64,000 bases of DNA from Gemmatimonas sp. (GCA_965279375.1 OZ257156.1:4288001-4352000); one strand, 5' to 3'; counted from the first letter of the stretch, positions 18,026 through 28,385 are shown. Notes: generated by a model from the letters alone, not told the origin. Translations and numbers: made by a program.

Positions 18026-19738
18026 ATGGCCACTACCGAGAACCTCGCGCCACTGCCGATCGCCTCGTTGGGGGAGTCTCCGTCTGCCGGCGGAGATGCT
18101 GAGGCCACCGACCGCCCCGACTGGCGGGATCCGGCCAGCGCCGCGATGCTCGATGTCTGGAGTCGCTGCCGCGACGCATACGAAGGCACCGACGCCTTGC
18201 TGGCCAACGCCCGGCGCTATCTCCCGAAGCATCCGAAGGAGAAGCCGGCCGACTACGCGGCGCGGTGCGCGCACTCGGCGGTGTTCAACGCATACGGCGC
18301 CGTCATCGCAGGTCTGACAGGGCTCGCCTTCGCCAAGCCGGCCACGCTCGGCGCCGATGTGCCGAAAGCGATCCGGGACCACGCCGAGAATATCGACGGC
18401 CGCGGTCGCACGTTGCCGCTGTTCGCGCGGGATCTCACGAAAGACGGCCTCACGGTGGGCAGCACCGGCTTCATGGTGCTCTATCCGCCACGCCCGGAGA
18501 GTGCCACGGCGAAAGACGAGCAGGATGGTCTGCTGCGGCCGTACTGGATCGATCTCAAGGTCGAAGACATCCTGTCGTGGGATGAGGCCACGATCGGCGC
18601 GAAGGTGATGACGACGCAGCTCGTGTTCCGGGAGCGCGTCCGTGTCCGGCATGGGCGGTTCGGGAACCGCACGGTGGTGCGGTTCCGCGAGTTCCGACAC
18701 GACGTCACTGGACCCCTGGGGCTGCTTGAGCCCGTGACGTACGCGGTCTGGGAGGAGCGGACCCGCACCGATCGCCCAGGCAAGCGCACGGAGTGTGTGC
18801 TGCTCGAGGAGGGCACGCTGGTCAATGGTCGCGGCGCGCCGTTCAGCCGCATCCCGTTCATCCCGGTTATCCTGGGCGATCCGACGTCGCTCGTCACAGC
18901 GCGGCCGTCGCTCAAGAACCTGCTCGACCTGATGCTCAAGCTGTTCCGCATCGACAGCGATCGCACGTTCCTGATGCACTTGGCGTGCGTGCCGATCCCG
19001 GTGCGGAAAGGCTACGTCGCGCCGCGTGATGCGAGCGGGAAGCCGCAACCCGGTGGCGTCGCCGCCTCGAACGTCCTGATGGACCTGCCGGCCGACACGC
19101 CGCAGGCCTCGGGCGCATCGTTCTCGTGGGCCGAGATCACCGGGAGCGCCTTCGAGCCGACGCAGCGCGAGATCGAGAAGCTCAAGGCCGACATGGGCGC
19201 AGTGGGCCTGCAGTTCCTCGCACCGTCAACGCGCGCCGCTGAGACAGAGGGTGCGCGTCGTCTCGACGCCCGCATCGAGAACGCGTCGCTGTCGTCCACG
19301 ATCTCGACCGTCGAGGCCGCGGTTGAGGAAGGCCTCAAGCTGCACGCAGAGTACATGGGGATCGAGCTGGTCACGAACGGCGAGCAGTCGGGCGGCAGCT
19401 TCACGGCGAATCGCGACTACGAGCGGACCGTCCTGAGCGAGGCGATGATCAAGGTCTACAGTGATCTCGTGCTCGCTGATCAGATGACGCTCGAGACGTT
19501 CTACCTGATCCTGCAGCAAGGACGCGCGCTGCCCGATGGCTTCGACGTCGCGAAGGAAGTCTCGCGCCTACAGGGGCTCCTCGGTGATCGCATGGATGCC
19601 GCGCGCGTGCGGGGCATCGCCCTCGCGCCCGATCCGACCGAGGACCCATCAACCGATCCGAGTACGGACCAGAGCACCGATCCTGCCCCTGCTGACGCGA
19701 CTGGCAGCACCACACGCGTCCCACCGGGTGGCGCGTGA
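18026..19738 (+). CDS. Portal protein (DUF4055-like)
   Basis: YLPKHPKE...Y..R, NIDGRG, LRPYW, IPFIP, AAET; follows terL. Confidence 0.88.
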   Translation: MATTENLAPLPIASLGESPSAGGDAEATDRPDWRDPASAAMLDVWSRCRDAYEGTDALLANARRYLPKHPKEKPADYAARCAHSAVFNAYGAVIAGLTGLAFAKPATLGADVPKAIRDHAENIDGRGRTLPLFARDLTKDGLTVGSTGFMVLYPPRPESATAKDEQDGLLRPYWIDLKVEDILSWDEATIGAKVMTTQLVFRERVRVRHGRFGNRTVVRFREFRHDVTGPLGLLEPVTYAVWEERTRTDRPGKRTECVLLEEGTLVNGRGAPFSRIPFIPVILGDPTSLVTARPSLKNLLDLMLKLFRIDSDRTFLMHLACVPIPVRKGYVAPRDASGKPQPGGVAASNVLMDLPADTPQASGASFSWAEITGSAFEPTQREIEKLKADMGAVGLQFLAPSTRAAETEGARRLDARIENASLSSTISTVEAAVEEGLKLHAEYMGIELVTNGEQSGGSFTANRDYERTVLSEAMIKVYSDLVLADQMTLETFYLILQQGRALPDGFDVAKEVSRLQGLLGDRMDAARVRGIALAPDPTEDPSTDPSTDQSTDPAPADATGSTTRVPPGGA

Positions 19739-20055
19739 CGATCCGCACTGCTGCGCGCGATGAGCAGTCCGAGCCCGAAGACGTCGAGCCGAATGGCTAC
19801 GTGCGTCTGACGTCGGCCAAGACCGGCACGATCGACCTCCGCATCGACATGCTGCCCCTCGTCCGCGACTGGCAGCACCACACGCGTCCCACCGGGTGGG
19901 TGCAGGGCGTGTCACGCTACGGCGCGGTGCTCGACTTCTGGTGGCCCGACATTCGCGAGATCGAAGTGCGCACGCCTGAGGCGATCGCGAACGAGTTCCG
20001 GATCGACGGCGCCTACGCGCGCGTCGTGCGCGACGACGACGACTCGTGGAAGTGA
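19735..20055 (+). CDS. Phage hypothetical protein
   Basis: Coupled ORF. Confidence 0.55.
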   Translation: MTIRTAARDEQSEPEDVEPNGYVRLTSAKTGTIDLRIDMLPLVRDWQHHTRPTGWVQGVSRYGAVLDFWWPDIREIEVRTPEAIANEFRIDGAYARVVRDDDDSWK

Positions 20056-20081
20056 GTCGTCCGCGCCGCCGGCGGTAGCGG

Positions 20082-21344
20082 ATGGCGACGTACTCTATTC
20101 CCCCGGTCGGACCGGGCTGGCAGCTCGCCGCCCTGGTGGCGCGTTACCGCTACGCCGCTTCGATCGAGCAGGAAGTCCTCGGCATTCTCGAAGACGCCTA
20201 TCGCGAGATCGCGCGGCGACTGCAGCGTGGGCCGCTGCTGACGCGCGTCGATCGCGCCGCGCTGGAGGATCGCTTCCTAGAAGTCCGCACCCTGCTGACC
20301 GAAGCGTACGGGACGGCGCGCGCGGCGACGACGCCGCTGTTGCGCGAGTATGCGGCGCTCGAGCGCGAAGTCGCTGGCCGCCAGATCGCCGCGTTGGCCG
20401 CCGTGCAGCGCGCCACCGTCGCGGATGCGATGGCCTCCAGCACGATCGAACTCGCGCGCACGATCGGCGCGGAGCCCGGCGGCGCATCGCTGGTGCTGCA
20501 GGGAGTGCCCCGCCAGCTCGTCGTCTCCGCTGCACGCCTCACCGAGATCGTCGAGACGCTTGATGTCGGCGGGATCAACTTCGGCGACTGGTGGGTGAAG
20601 GCGCGCGATGACGGCGTGCTGCGCGTGCGGCGGCTGATCCAGACCGGCGTCGTGCAGGGCCTGAACCCGAGCGATATCGGGGCGCGCATCTGGAGCAGTC
20701 GCCTCACGCCGGGCCCCAACGCGTGGCGCCAATCGCGCAGCGTCGCGATGACGGCGGCCCGCACGGTCGTGACGGCGCTCCAGACCGACGCACAGCTCGC
20801 CGCCGAGGCACAGTTCTCGAGCGTCATCGGGGCCTACGAGTTTCAGGCCGTCATCGACAGCCGCACGTCTGAGATCTGCCGGCCGCTCGATGGGACGATC
20901 TATCGGCGCGGCGATCCGAAGATGCCGATCCCCCCGTTGCACCCGAATTGCCGGAGTGCCTTGGTGCCGGTGGTCGATCTGCCGGGCATTCGCCGGGATC
21001 CGCAGGCACCGCGGCTGTCGTATGACGCGTGGCTCCGTCAGCAGCCCCCGAACGTGCAAAACCTCGTGCTCGGCAAAGGCGTTGCAGAGCACTACCGCGC
21101 GAACAAGGCCTCGCTGAGCGATCTGCTCAGTGTCGATCGCCGGCCGATCGGGCTCACGCAGCTGCGACGCGTGCTCACGACGACGCACGGCGAAAGCTAC
21201 GTCGCGTGGGTGCAGTCGCTCCCCAAGGCCGCGCAGCGCGCGGTGCTCGGCCCTGCCCTGGCGAAGCAACTCGCGAACGGCACGGCGAATCTCGCCGACA
21301 TTCTGCAGGCCAGCGCCGCCGGCGGAATCATCACGCGCACGTAG
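20082..21344 (+). CDS. Minor head/morphogenesis protein (SPP1 gp7 / Mu gpF family)
   Basis: ART...AVIDSRTSEICRPLDG...PPLHPNCRS. Confidence 0.92.
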   Translation: MATYSIPPVGPGWQLAALVARYRYAASIEQEVLGILEDAYREIARRLQRGPLLTRVDRAALEDRFLEVRTLLTEAYGTARAATTPLLREYAALEREVAGRQIAALAAVQRATVADAMASSTIELARTIGAEPGGASLVLQGVPRQLVVSAARLTEIVETLDVGGINFGDWWVKARDDGVLRVRRLIQTGVVQGLNPSDIGARIWSSRLTPGPNAWRQSRSVAMTAARTVVTALQTDAQLAAEAQFSSVIGAYEFQAVIDSRTSEICRPLDGTIYRRGDPKMPIPPLHPNCRSALVPVVDLPGIRRDPQAPRLSYDAWLRQQPPNVQNLVLGKGVAEHYRANKASLSDLLSVDRRPIGLTQLRRVLTTTHGESYVAWVQSLPKAAQRAVLGPALAKQLANGTANLADILQASAAGGIITRT

Positions 21345-21387
21345 CGCCTCGTGGCGCCCTGTTGCGTGTGTTGCGTTCTGTTGTTTC

Positions 21388-21419
21388 CCTTGCGCTTTTG
21401 GCATGGGCATTCCTACGGT
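21388..21419 (+). promoter_or_regulatory. Conserved phage promoter motif copy 2 (scaffold/capsid)
   Basis: CCTTGCGCTTTTGGCATGGGCATTCCTACGGT. Confidence 0.75.
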
Positions 21420-21499
21420 TCCGTCGTGCGGGACGTGGGACGCGTCCGCACCGTGCCGCACGGGTGATCCGACGGCGCGCCTCTCACCACTAGGAGCGT

Positions 21500-22294
21500 A
21501 TGCCCGAGATCGTTCTCTCCCCCGTCGTCGATACCATCGAAGAAGTCGTCGAGTCGCATCGTGATCTGTACGAAGCGCGCGATGGCAAGTTCGTGCTGGC
21601 CAAGCCGGTCAAGCTCGAAGATGTCGCCGGACTCCGCAGCGCCCTCGACAGCGAGCGGAAGCTCGCGCGAGACCTCGCCGCGAAGGCGAAGGACCTGCCT
21701 CCCGATGTGCAGGAGCGACTCAAGAAGGCCGAAGAGCTCGAGCGACTCGAAGCGGAACGGAAGGGCGAGTACCAGAAGCTGCTCCAGACGAACGAAGAGA
21801 AGTCGAAGGCCGCGATCGCCGAACGTGACGCGCGCATCCAGCAGGTCACGACCGAATTCACCAGCACGTTGATGGAGAACACCGCCACGCGCGCGCTCGA
21901 CGCAGCGGGTGGCAGTGTCGAAGGCCTGCTCCCGCACGTGTTGCCCGAGCTGCGCGCGGTCGAAGATCCGGCGAAGCCCGGCAAGTTCGTCGTGATCGTG
22001 GTCGACAAGAAGGACCCGAGCAAAGAGCGCCTGAACAGCAAGGCGCAGCCCATGACTGTCGAAGAGTTGATCGCGGAGAAGCGGGAGCACCCGACGCTCG
22101 CGCTGCTGTTCAAGGCCTCACCGGCCAGCGGGAGCGGAGGCAGTGGCTCGCGCTTCACTCCGGGACAGCCGCGTCTCGTGCGCGTGACGCGCGAAGAGGT
22201 GAAGGACCCGGCGCGCTATGCCGCGCTGAAGGCGCAGAAGGAGAAGGGCGAGATCGACGGCGTCATGCTCGATGATGGACGTCGCCTCATCTAA
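21500..22294 (+). CDS. Capsid scaffolding protein
   Basis: EDVAGLRSALDSER, coiled coil, LFKAS..SGSGG; upstream of capsid; AGGAG RBS. Confidence 0.8.
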   Translation: MPEIVLSPVVDTIEEVVESHRDLYEARDGKFVLAKPVKLEDVAGLRSALDSERKLARDLAAKAKDLPPDVQERLKKAEELERLEAERKGEYQKLLQTNEEKSKAAIAERDARIQQVTTEFTSTLMENTATRALDAAGGSVEGLLPHVLPELRAVEDPAKPGKFVVIVVDKKDPSKERLNSKAQPMTVEELIAEKREHPTLALLFKASPASGSGGSGSRFTPGQPRLVRVTREEVKDPARYAALKAQKEKGEIDGVMLDDGRRLI

Positions 22295-22514
22295 CCGTCG
22301 TTCGCAGTTGTAGCACGCAGTCGTAGCAGCAGCACACATCGCGTTGTCGGCGGGATGCCGACGACGTGCCACGCACTCGACTCGAGCGCGTGTTGCGCGT
22401 GGGGCGCGCACCAACTCCCGGCGTGGATCGGCATTCGGCCATCCCGCCTCGATCGGTGCGCGCCCTTCGTCGTCTCGGGCCGTCGCACCTCGACATCACT
22501 CCGAGGATCGCACG

Positions 22515-23651
22515 ATGGCCACGAATACTTACGGCAACTACAACGAAGTCTTCTTCGCCCAGGAAGCGCTGCCCTTCCTGAAGAACTCCCTTGGTCTCGC
22601 CTCGCGCATCTACCGCGAGCTCGACGGCGGCACGAAGGAGCAGGGTGACACGACGCAGATCCGTCGCCCGTCGACGTTCGTCGCGCAGAACGCGCCCAGC
22701 ACGGCGCAGGATCTCAACACCCAGAAGGTCACCCTGACGCTCTCGCAGTGGCAGGAAGTGAAGTTCGAGATCACGGACAAGGACCGCGCGCTCACGTCCG
22801 ACAAGATCATCACGGACCACATCGCCCCGGCTGCGTACGCGCTGGCCAACAAGGTCGATGTCGACCTTGCGAGCCTCATCCTGCGCGTGCCGAACGTCGC
22901 GCAGCTCTCCGGCACGTTCGACATCAAGGATCTCGCGAAGGCCACCCAGGTGCTCTTCGATCTCGGCGTGCCGATCGACGATCCGGGCAAGCTCTTCGGC
23001 ATGGTCGACGGCAACCTGAAGACCGAAATCCTCGGCTACATGGCCGGCAAGAACATGATGGGCTACGGCACCGATGCCGCCCGTCAGAAGGGTACGCTCG
23101 CCGAGATCATGGGTGTGAACTGGTTCGCGAACCAGAACACGCCGTCGTTCACGACCAACACCCTCGTCGACGGTGTCGGTGCCCTGACGGCGAACGCCGC
23201 GATCAACGCCACCACGATCGCGATCGGCTCGATCGACGCGACGGGCTCGGTCAAGATCGGCGACACGTTCAGCATCGCCGGCATCACGACGCGCTTCACC
23301 GTCACGGCGAACGCGACGGCGACCGCTGGTGCAATCGCGGCGCTGCAGTTCGAGCCCTCGCTGCCGGCTGCGGTGCTGTCCGGTGCGGTCGTGACGTTCC
23401 ACACGCTCGCGGCGGCGAAGAAGGTGAACTGCGTGTTCCACAAGAACTTCGCCGCGGTGAAGTTCGCCCCGCTGCCCGACGACATGCCGGGTGTGCAGGT
23501 CTACACCGTCACGGATCCGGATTCGGCGCTCTCGATCCGCGCCCGAATCTTCTACGAGGGCAACAACTCGAAGATGTTCGTCGCGCTGGACTGCCTGTAC
23601 GGCTTCCAGATCCTCGACTTCAACTTCGCCACGCGGTTGTACGCCGCGTAA
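22515..23651 (+). CDS. Major capsid protein (P22 coat-like, with insertion domain)
   Basis: GDTTQIRRP, IAPAAYALANKVD, FHKN, LDCLYG. Confidence 0.9.
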   Translation: MATNTYGNYNEVFFAQEALPFLKNSLGLASRIYRELDGGTKEQGDTTQIRRPSTFVAQNAPSTAQDLNTQKVTLTLSQWQEVKFEITDKDRALTSDKIITDHIAPAAYALANKVDVDLASLILRVPNVAQLSGTFDIKDLAKATQVLFDLGVPIDDPGKLFGMVDGNLKTEILGYMAGKNMMGYGTDAARQKGTLAEIMGVNWFANQNTPSFTTNTLVDGVGALTANAAINATTIAIGSIDATGSVKIGDTFSIAGITTRFTVTANATATAGAIAALQFEPSLPAAVLSGAVVTFHTLAAAKKVNCVFHKNFAAVKFAPLPDDMPGVQVYTVTDPDSALSIRARIFYEGNNSKMFVALDCLYGFQILDFNFATRLYAA

Positions 23652-23652
23652 T

Positions 23653-23697
23653 CGACGGGACCCGGTGCACCGCTTCTGGTGCACCGGGTCCTTGTCG
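23653..23697 (+). terminator. Strong hairpin after capsid gene (terminator/attenuator)
   Basis: GGACCCGGTGCACC-GCTTCT-GGTGCACCGGGTCC perfect 14-bp stem; weak U-tract. Confidence 0.65.
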
Positions 23698-23729
23698 TGT
23701 TCCCACTCCCCAACCTGAGACCTCCGCCC

Positions 23730-23996
23730 ATGGACATCACGCGTCCGACCGTTCGGCTCTTCGTGCCGAAGTTCGATGCTGTCGTCACGGTCAATGCCGA
23801 CGAGGAAGCGCAGTTCCGCACGCAGTACGGCGCGCGCGGCGAGCACGAACCCGCGCCCGAGCCGAGCAAGCCCAAGCCGTTCCTGACGAAGGCCGAGAAG
23901 GCTGCGGCAGAGAAGGCGGCTGCTGACGCGGCTGCCGCTGAGAAGGCCGCCGCCGACGCTGCCGCGTCCGGCAGCTCGACTGGCTCGAGCGAGTAA
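23730..23996 (+). CDS. Small phage protein with AAAEK-like low-complexity tail
   Basis: ORF after capsid. Confidence 0.6.
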   Translation: MDITRPTVRLFVPKFDAVVTVNADEEAQFRTQYGARGEHEPAPEPSKPKPFLTKAEKAAAEKAAADAAAAEKAAADAAASGSSTGSSE

Positions 23997-24002
23997 GCAT
24001 CG

Positions 24003-24539
24003 ATGCCCATCACCATCGACGCGACCGTTAACACCAGCACCGCCAACAGCTACGTCACGCTGGTGGAGGCGAACGCGTACATCGCGTCGCGCCTCTTCAG
24101 CACGGCGTGGACAGGGGCGGCGGATGATGACGTGCGGTCGATGGCGCTGATCACCGCGACGCGTCGGCTCGATCAGGAGACGTGGCGCGGGGTGCGGACC
24201 AACTCTGCCCAGGCGCTCGCATTCGGGCGTATGGGCATCTGGTTGGATGAATCATCGCTCTACATCGACGGACAGATGTATCGTGGCTCGGTCGATCCGA
24301 ACACGATACCAGTGCCGATCAAGCAAGCCTGCATCGAGACCGCGGTCGACCTGCTCACGAAGAACGTCGACGCGGCTGCACGCGATGCGCTGTCGAAGTT
24401 CGCGAGTCTCAAGATCGGCAGTATTGGCCTCACGTTGAAGGACACCGCGCCCGCCACGGCCGATGATCTGCGGCCCACGGTGTGGCGTCTGATCGCGCCG
24501 TACCTAGGCGATACCACCGCCTCGTTCGATCGCGGCTGA
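24003..24539 (+). CDS. Head-tail connector/adaptor (DnaT-like family)
   Basis: ANSYVTLVEA.AY...ALITATRRLD...QALAF.R...IPVPIKQAC.E. Confidence 0.8.
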   Translation: MPITIDATVNTSTANSYVTLVEANAYIASRLFSTAWTGAADDDVRSMALITATRRLDQETWRGVRTNSAQALAFGRMGIWLDESSLYIDGQMYRGSVDPNTIPVPIKQACIETAVDLLTKNVDAAARDALSKFASLKIGSIGLTLKDTAPATADDLRPTVWRLIAPYLGDTTASFDRG

Positions 24540-24540
24540 C

Positions 24541-24966
24541 ATGTCCATCGCGACGGACATCGCCAACGCGCTCGGCGCTCCCCTGCTCTTCCTCGCTAAA
24601 GAGCTCGGCTGTCAGGTCGCGCGCTACACGCCGACCACAACGCGTACGGCGGACAAGCAGAGCACGCGCACCTACAGTGCCGATCTCGCCGCGGCGGCGT
24701 TGCCGGCGTTCTTCGAACCGGGCAGGACGCCGACCGAAGCCCTGCAGAAGCCCTTCGGTGTGCGGACCACATCGCACGGCACCCTGCTCTTTGTGAAGCA
24801 GGACGCGATCCCGCTGCCGATCATCTCGCCATTCGACGGCTTCAAGATCACGACGGGCCCGTACGCCGGATACACTTGGATCGCCGAGGCCGAAGGCGTG
24901 CCCGACGACGTTGGGGCCACGATGTCGGTCGTCGTAATCGCAGCACCCGCAGGAGCGATCACATGA
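24541..24966 (+). CDS. Putative head-closure protein
   Basis: Position and size in neck module. Confidence 0.5.
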   Translation: MSIATDIANALGAPLLFLAKELGCQVARYTPTTTRTADKQSTRTYSADLAAAALPAFFEPGRTPTEALQKPFGVRTTSHGTLLFVKQDAIPLPIISPFDGFKITTGPYAGYTWIAEAEGVPDDVGATMSVVVIAAPAGAIT

Positions 24967-25553
24967 CGTGGCGCACCGAGTCGGGACAGCGCCCTGACGC
25001 GGCGCTCGATGCGTTCGCCAACGGCGTGCGGGAACGTGCGCCGCAGGCCCTCGGTGCGGTCGCGGTCGCGCTCAAGGCCGAGATCCAGCGCCAGCTCTCG
25101 AAGCCGGGCGCCGGCAAGTACTACGCGAAGTTCGCCGACGATGGTCGCCAGAACGTGGGCCCGTTTCGCGGGCGCAAGCGCACTGGCCCGCTGACGAAGT
25201 CGCAAGCGCGCGCCGAGAAGCTCAACAACGAACGCCAGGCGACGGCCGCGCGCCTCAATGCGGGCACGCAGTCGCTCGACACGGTCACGCGTAAGCAAGT
25301 CCTCACGGGATTGCACCGCGCGTCGAAGCCCGGTGATCCGCCGGCAGCCGACACGGGCGCACTGAAGCGCAGCGCCTTCGTGGAGCGCATTCGCACCGGT
25401 GCACGCGTCGGCGTAGCGATGCTGTACGCGGCGTGGCTCGAGTTCGGCACGCGAAAGATCGCGCCGCGTCCGTTCCTGCGACCCGCGCTCGCGGTCGTGC
25501 GCGCGCGCTTCGGGCCGATCATGCGGGCGACGCTGCGCGGGGGTGGGCGATGA
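24963..25553 (+). CDS. HK97 gp10-like tail completion protein
   Basis: ASKPGDPPAADTGALKRS...YAAWLEFGTRKIAPRPFLRPAL. Confidence 0.85.
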   Translation: MTWRTESGQRPDAALDAFANGVRERAPQALGAVAVALKAEIQRQLSKPGAGKYYAKFADDGRQNVGPFRGRKRTGPLTKSQARAEKLNNERQATAARLNAGTQSLDTVTRKQVLTGLHRASKPGDPPAADTGALKRSAFVERIRTGARVGVAMLYAAWLEFGTRKIAPRPFLRPALAVVRARFGPIMRATLRGGGR

Positions 25554-25978
25554 CGATCACCGATCCGGTGCAGGTCTGGTTCGAGACGACGTGCACGATC
25601 ATCGACGCGGACGCCGAACTCCGCGCGCTGTTTGGTCGCACGACCGATCTGTGTCTGCCGTGGGATGACTTCACGGTCGACGGGCCCCTGCCGGTCATCG
25701 CGCTGCAGGTCATCGAATCAACGCCGCTCGGCAACACCGACCGACGCGTCACGCTGCAGTGCAGCGCCTACGCCGCGAAGCAGAGCGACGCGAACAAGAC
25801 GATCGCCTACCTCGACTTCTCGCTCTTGAAGTACCCGGCCTACAACGCACGTGGGTTGCAGGTCGGTCGTGACCCGAGCACGCGCGCCGTGCGTCGGTGG
25901 CCCGGCGCCGATCCACGACAGGACGACGCCGCCGTTTGTCGGGCCGATGTCGATCTCACGTTTCTCATCCCTGGCTAA
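25550..25978 (+). CDS. Putative tail terminator
   Basis: Position between gp10-like gene and tail tube. Confidence 0.55.
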   Translation: MTITDPVQVWFETTCTIIDADAELRALFGRTTDLCLPWDDFTVDGPLPVIALQVIESTPLGNTDRRVTLQCSAYAAKQSDANKTIAYLDFSLLKYPAYNARGLQVGRDPSTRAVRRWPGADPRQDDAAVCRADVDLTFLIPG

Positions 25979-26002
25979 CCGCCACCATCACCGAGGTATC
26001 CC

Positions 26003-27466
26003 ATGGGCGTTCTCGACAAGCGGTTTAACACTCTCGTTGCACTCCACGTGTTTGTGGACACGCCCACGGGCGGCGGATCCACAACCCTGACGGCCGCCGC
26101 GGCCGCCGGTACCAGCACGCTGTCGCTGACCTCGGCCACCAACTTCGCGATCGGCGACGACATTCGCGTCGGCACCGGTGAGACGATGGAGCTGGTGCGC
26201 ATTCTGAACTTGGTCACCACGACGGTCACGACGGCGAAGCCGCTCAAGTTCGATCACCCGATCGCAGAGCCGATCGTCGAGCAGTCGGCGATCAACCTCG
26301 GCGTGCCCGAAGCGGACGGCTTCCGTCTCCGCTACAACGGCGAGACCACGGACGTCTTCGCGGCCACGCAGCGACTACCGTACGGTGTTCTGACCGGCTA
26401 CGTCGACCTCGGTGCGACGTGGCGCTACGAGGTCATCACGGCCGACACGCTCGCGATCGCATTCGGCCTGCCGCGCGCGAACGTCATCGGTGACGGCACC
26501 GCGGTGCAGCAGACCGGTACTGTCGGGCCGCGTCTCTTCACCACGGACGGCTCGATCTTCGGCGGCATCACGAACGTCAACGTCGTGGCCACGGGCCAGC
26601 TGCAGGACGGCAGCTACCTCAAGATCGATCTGTACAACGTGAGCTTCGATCCGACGGCGGTGACCAGCACCTTCGCGCGTGGTCAGCTCGCCACCGTGCC
26701 CGTGCGCGTGCTCGCATCGTCTGGCGCGATCGACGACACCAACACGCTCTTCACGCCGTCGAACATCATCCAGACCTTCGCGAGCTCGAAGGCGGACATC
26801 TTCTCCGAGATCACGGCGGTGCAAACGCTGACCGACTCGGGTACATCGACGACCACGACGGCGAGTGTCGCCGCCGGTCTGTATCAGATTCCGGTCACCT
26901 CCGCGACCGGCATCACGGCGGGTTCGTGGATTCGCATCGGCAGCGGTGACCTGGCTGAGTATCACCTCGTGCATGGCGTGGTGTCGCTCAACGTGCAGCT
27001 CCGCACGCAGACGCTACGCGCGCAGGCCTCGGGCGTCGCGGTGGTGCTGCAGACGCGCACGACGCTCAGCGTCGCCCAGGGTGGCTTCACCTTCGCGGCC
27101 TCGGGCTCGGTCGAGACGCAGCGTTCCGAGAACTTCCGCACCTCGCTCGCCTACCGCGCGTCGAACGTGTCGATCGCGCTCTCGTGCAACCTCGACGCAA
27201 TCACGGCGCTCAACTACGCGCTCGCGCTCGGCATCCCGACCGCACAGTACGCCAACAACGTGCTGCCGCTCGGTGCGCAGATCGGCAAGGCGACGGGCGT
27301 GAACCTGCTCTTCACCGGCCTGACGCAGGGTGGCAAGACGGTATCGATCTGCGGCTGGAACGCCACCGTCAACATCGGCGGCGAGACGCAGTTCACGCAG
27401 GCGGCCGCGGCCCAGATCCCCGTGAGCGTCAAGCCGTCGGTCCTGCAGGCCTTTGTCAACGCCTAA
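26003..27466 (+). CDS. Major tail tube protein with internal duplication
   Basis: Position before chaperone/TMP; two homologous halves. Confidence 0.7.
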   Translation: MGVLDKRFNTLVALHVFVDTPTGGGSTTLTAAAAAGTSTLSLTSATNFAIGDDIRVGTGETMELVRILNLVTTTVTTAKPLKFDHPIAEPIVEQSAINLGVPEADGFRLRYNGETTDVFAATQRLPYGVLTGYVDLGATWRYEVITADTLAIAFGLPRANVIGDGTAVQQTGTVGPRLFTTDGSIFGGITNVNVVATGQLQDGSYLKIDLYNVSFDPTAVTSTFARGQLATVPVRVLASSGAIDDTNTLFTPSNIIQTFASSKADIFSEITAVQTLTDSGTSTTTTASVAAGLYQIPVTSATGITAGSWIRIGSGDLAEYHLVHGVVSLNVQLRTQTLRAQASGVAVVLQTRTTLSVAQGGFTFAASGSVETQRSENFRTSLAYRASNVSIALSCNLDAITALNYALALGIPTAQYANNVLPLGAQIGKATGVNLLFTGLTQGGKTVSICGWNATVNIGGETQFTQAAAAQIPVSVKPSVLQAFVNA

Positions 27467-27470
27467 CCCC

Positions 27471-28385
27471 GTGCCAACCGCGCAACGGTCAGGGAAGAAG
27501 CACGCCACGACGCCCGATCCCATCCGCGAGGATGGGGTCGGGCGCGACGTGTTGCAGGAACGCGCTGAGGTGCTGCTCCGCTCGGTGGCCCGGCAGTCGA
27601 ACGTGACGCCGGAGCTGCTGGCCGCGCATCGTCCTGGCGGCGCCGACAATCCCGACACATCGGCGATGGGGTGGCTCTCGTATCTCTGCCAGCTCCATCG
27701 CTGGCACGCGACGGGGCCCGCGCAGCCCGAGAACAAGCGCGCCGGTCGGTGGGATGCGCAGGCGATCGAGGATCTGCGCGACGCGATGGCCGCCCAGCCG
27801 ATTCAACTGCGCCTCGAGGACGGACGCGAAGTCGCGGTCTACCCGAAGGGCGACTACGCCCTCGGTCGTATCGTCGCCGGACAGGTCGCGCTGCAGTGGG
27901 CGACCGAGCACCGCGTGCTGCTGCTCAATCTGCAGTCGGAGGGCCAGACGCTGTCGGCGCGCGAAATCCTCTCGCTCCGGCAGGCCGTCGAGTTCGAGTC
28001 CGCGCTCACGCGCGAATTCGTTTGGATCCTCACGCATCCTGGCGCCGACGTGCCGTGGGACGATGACACGACGTGGGACCACGAGCTGCCCGACTGGACG
28101 CGTGGGGTCACGTCATTCGACCTCATCGCGATTCGCCGCGCGCATCTCGAGGTGAACCTGATGCGCATCAACGCGATCGCCGCACGCACCGACGCGATCG
28201 TGAATGGCTCCGAAGCGATGCCGCTGCAGGCCTTCCTCGGCGTGATGGCGGCCGACCTGCACATCCCGCCGCGCGAGTTCGCCCGGCGCTGGTCACTCGG
28301 CGAGATCATCGCGTCGAACATGGCGAAGCACGAAGCGACCGAGCGCGCGCACGCGCAGGCGCGCCGCGAGGCCGAGCATGGCTGA
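27471..28385 (+). CDS. Putative tail assembly chaperone
   Basis: Position between tail tube and TMP. Confidence 0.5.
   Translation: MPTAQRSGKKHATTPDPIREDGVGRDVLQERAEVLLRSVARQSNVTPELLAAHRPGGADNPDTSAMGWLSYLCQLHRWHATGPAQPENKRAGRWDAQAIEDLRDAMAAQPIQLRLEDGREVAVYPKGDYALGRIVAGQVALQWATEHRVLLLNLQSEGQTLSAREILSLRQAVEFESALTREFVWILTHPGADVPWDDDTTWDHELPDWTRGVTSFDLIAIRRAHLEVNLMRINAIAARTDAIVNGSEAMPLQAFLGVMAADLHIPPREFARRWSLGEIIASNMAKHEATERAHAQARREAEHG

Noticed and set aside
27471..28385. Programmed -1 frameshift in tail chaperone
   Set aside because: A single ORF fills the gap to the TMP and no slippery heptamer was noticed
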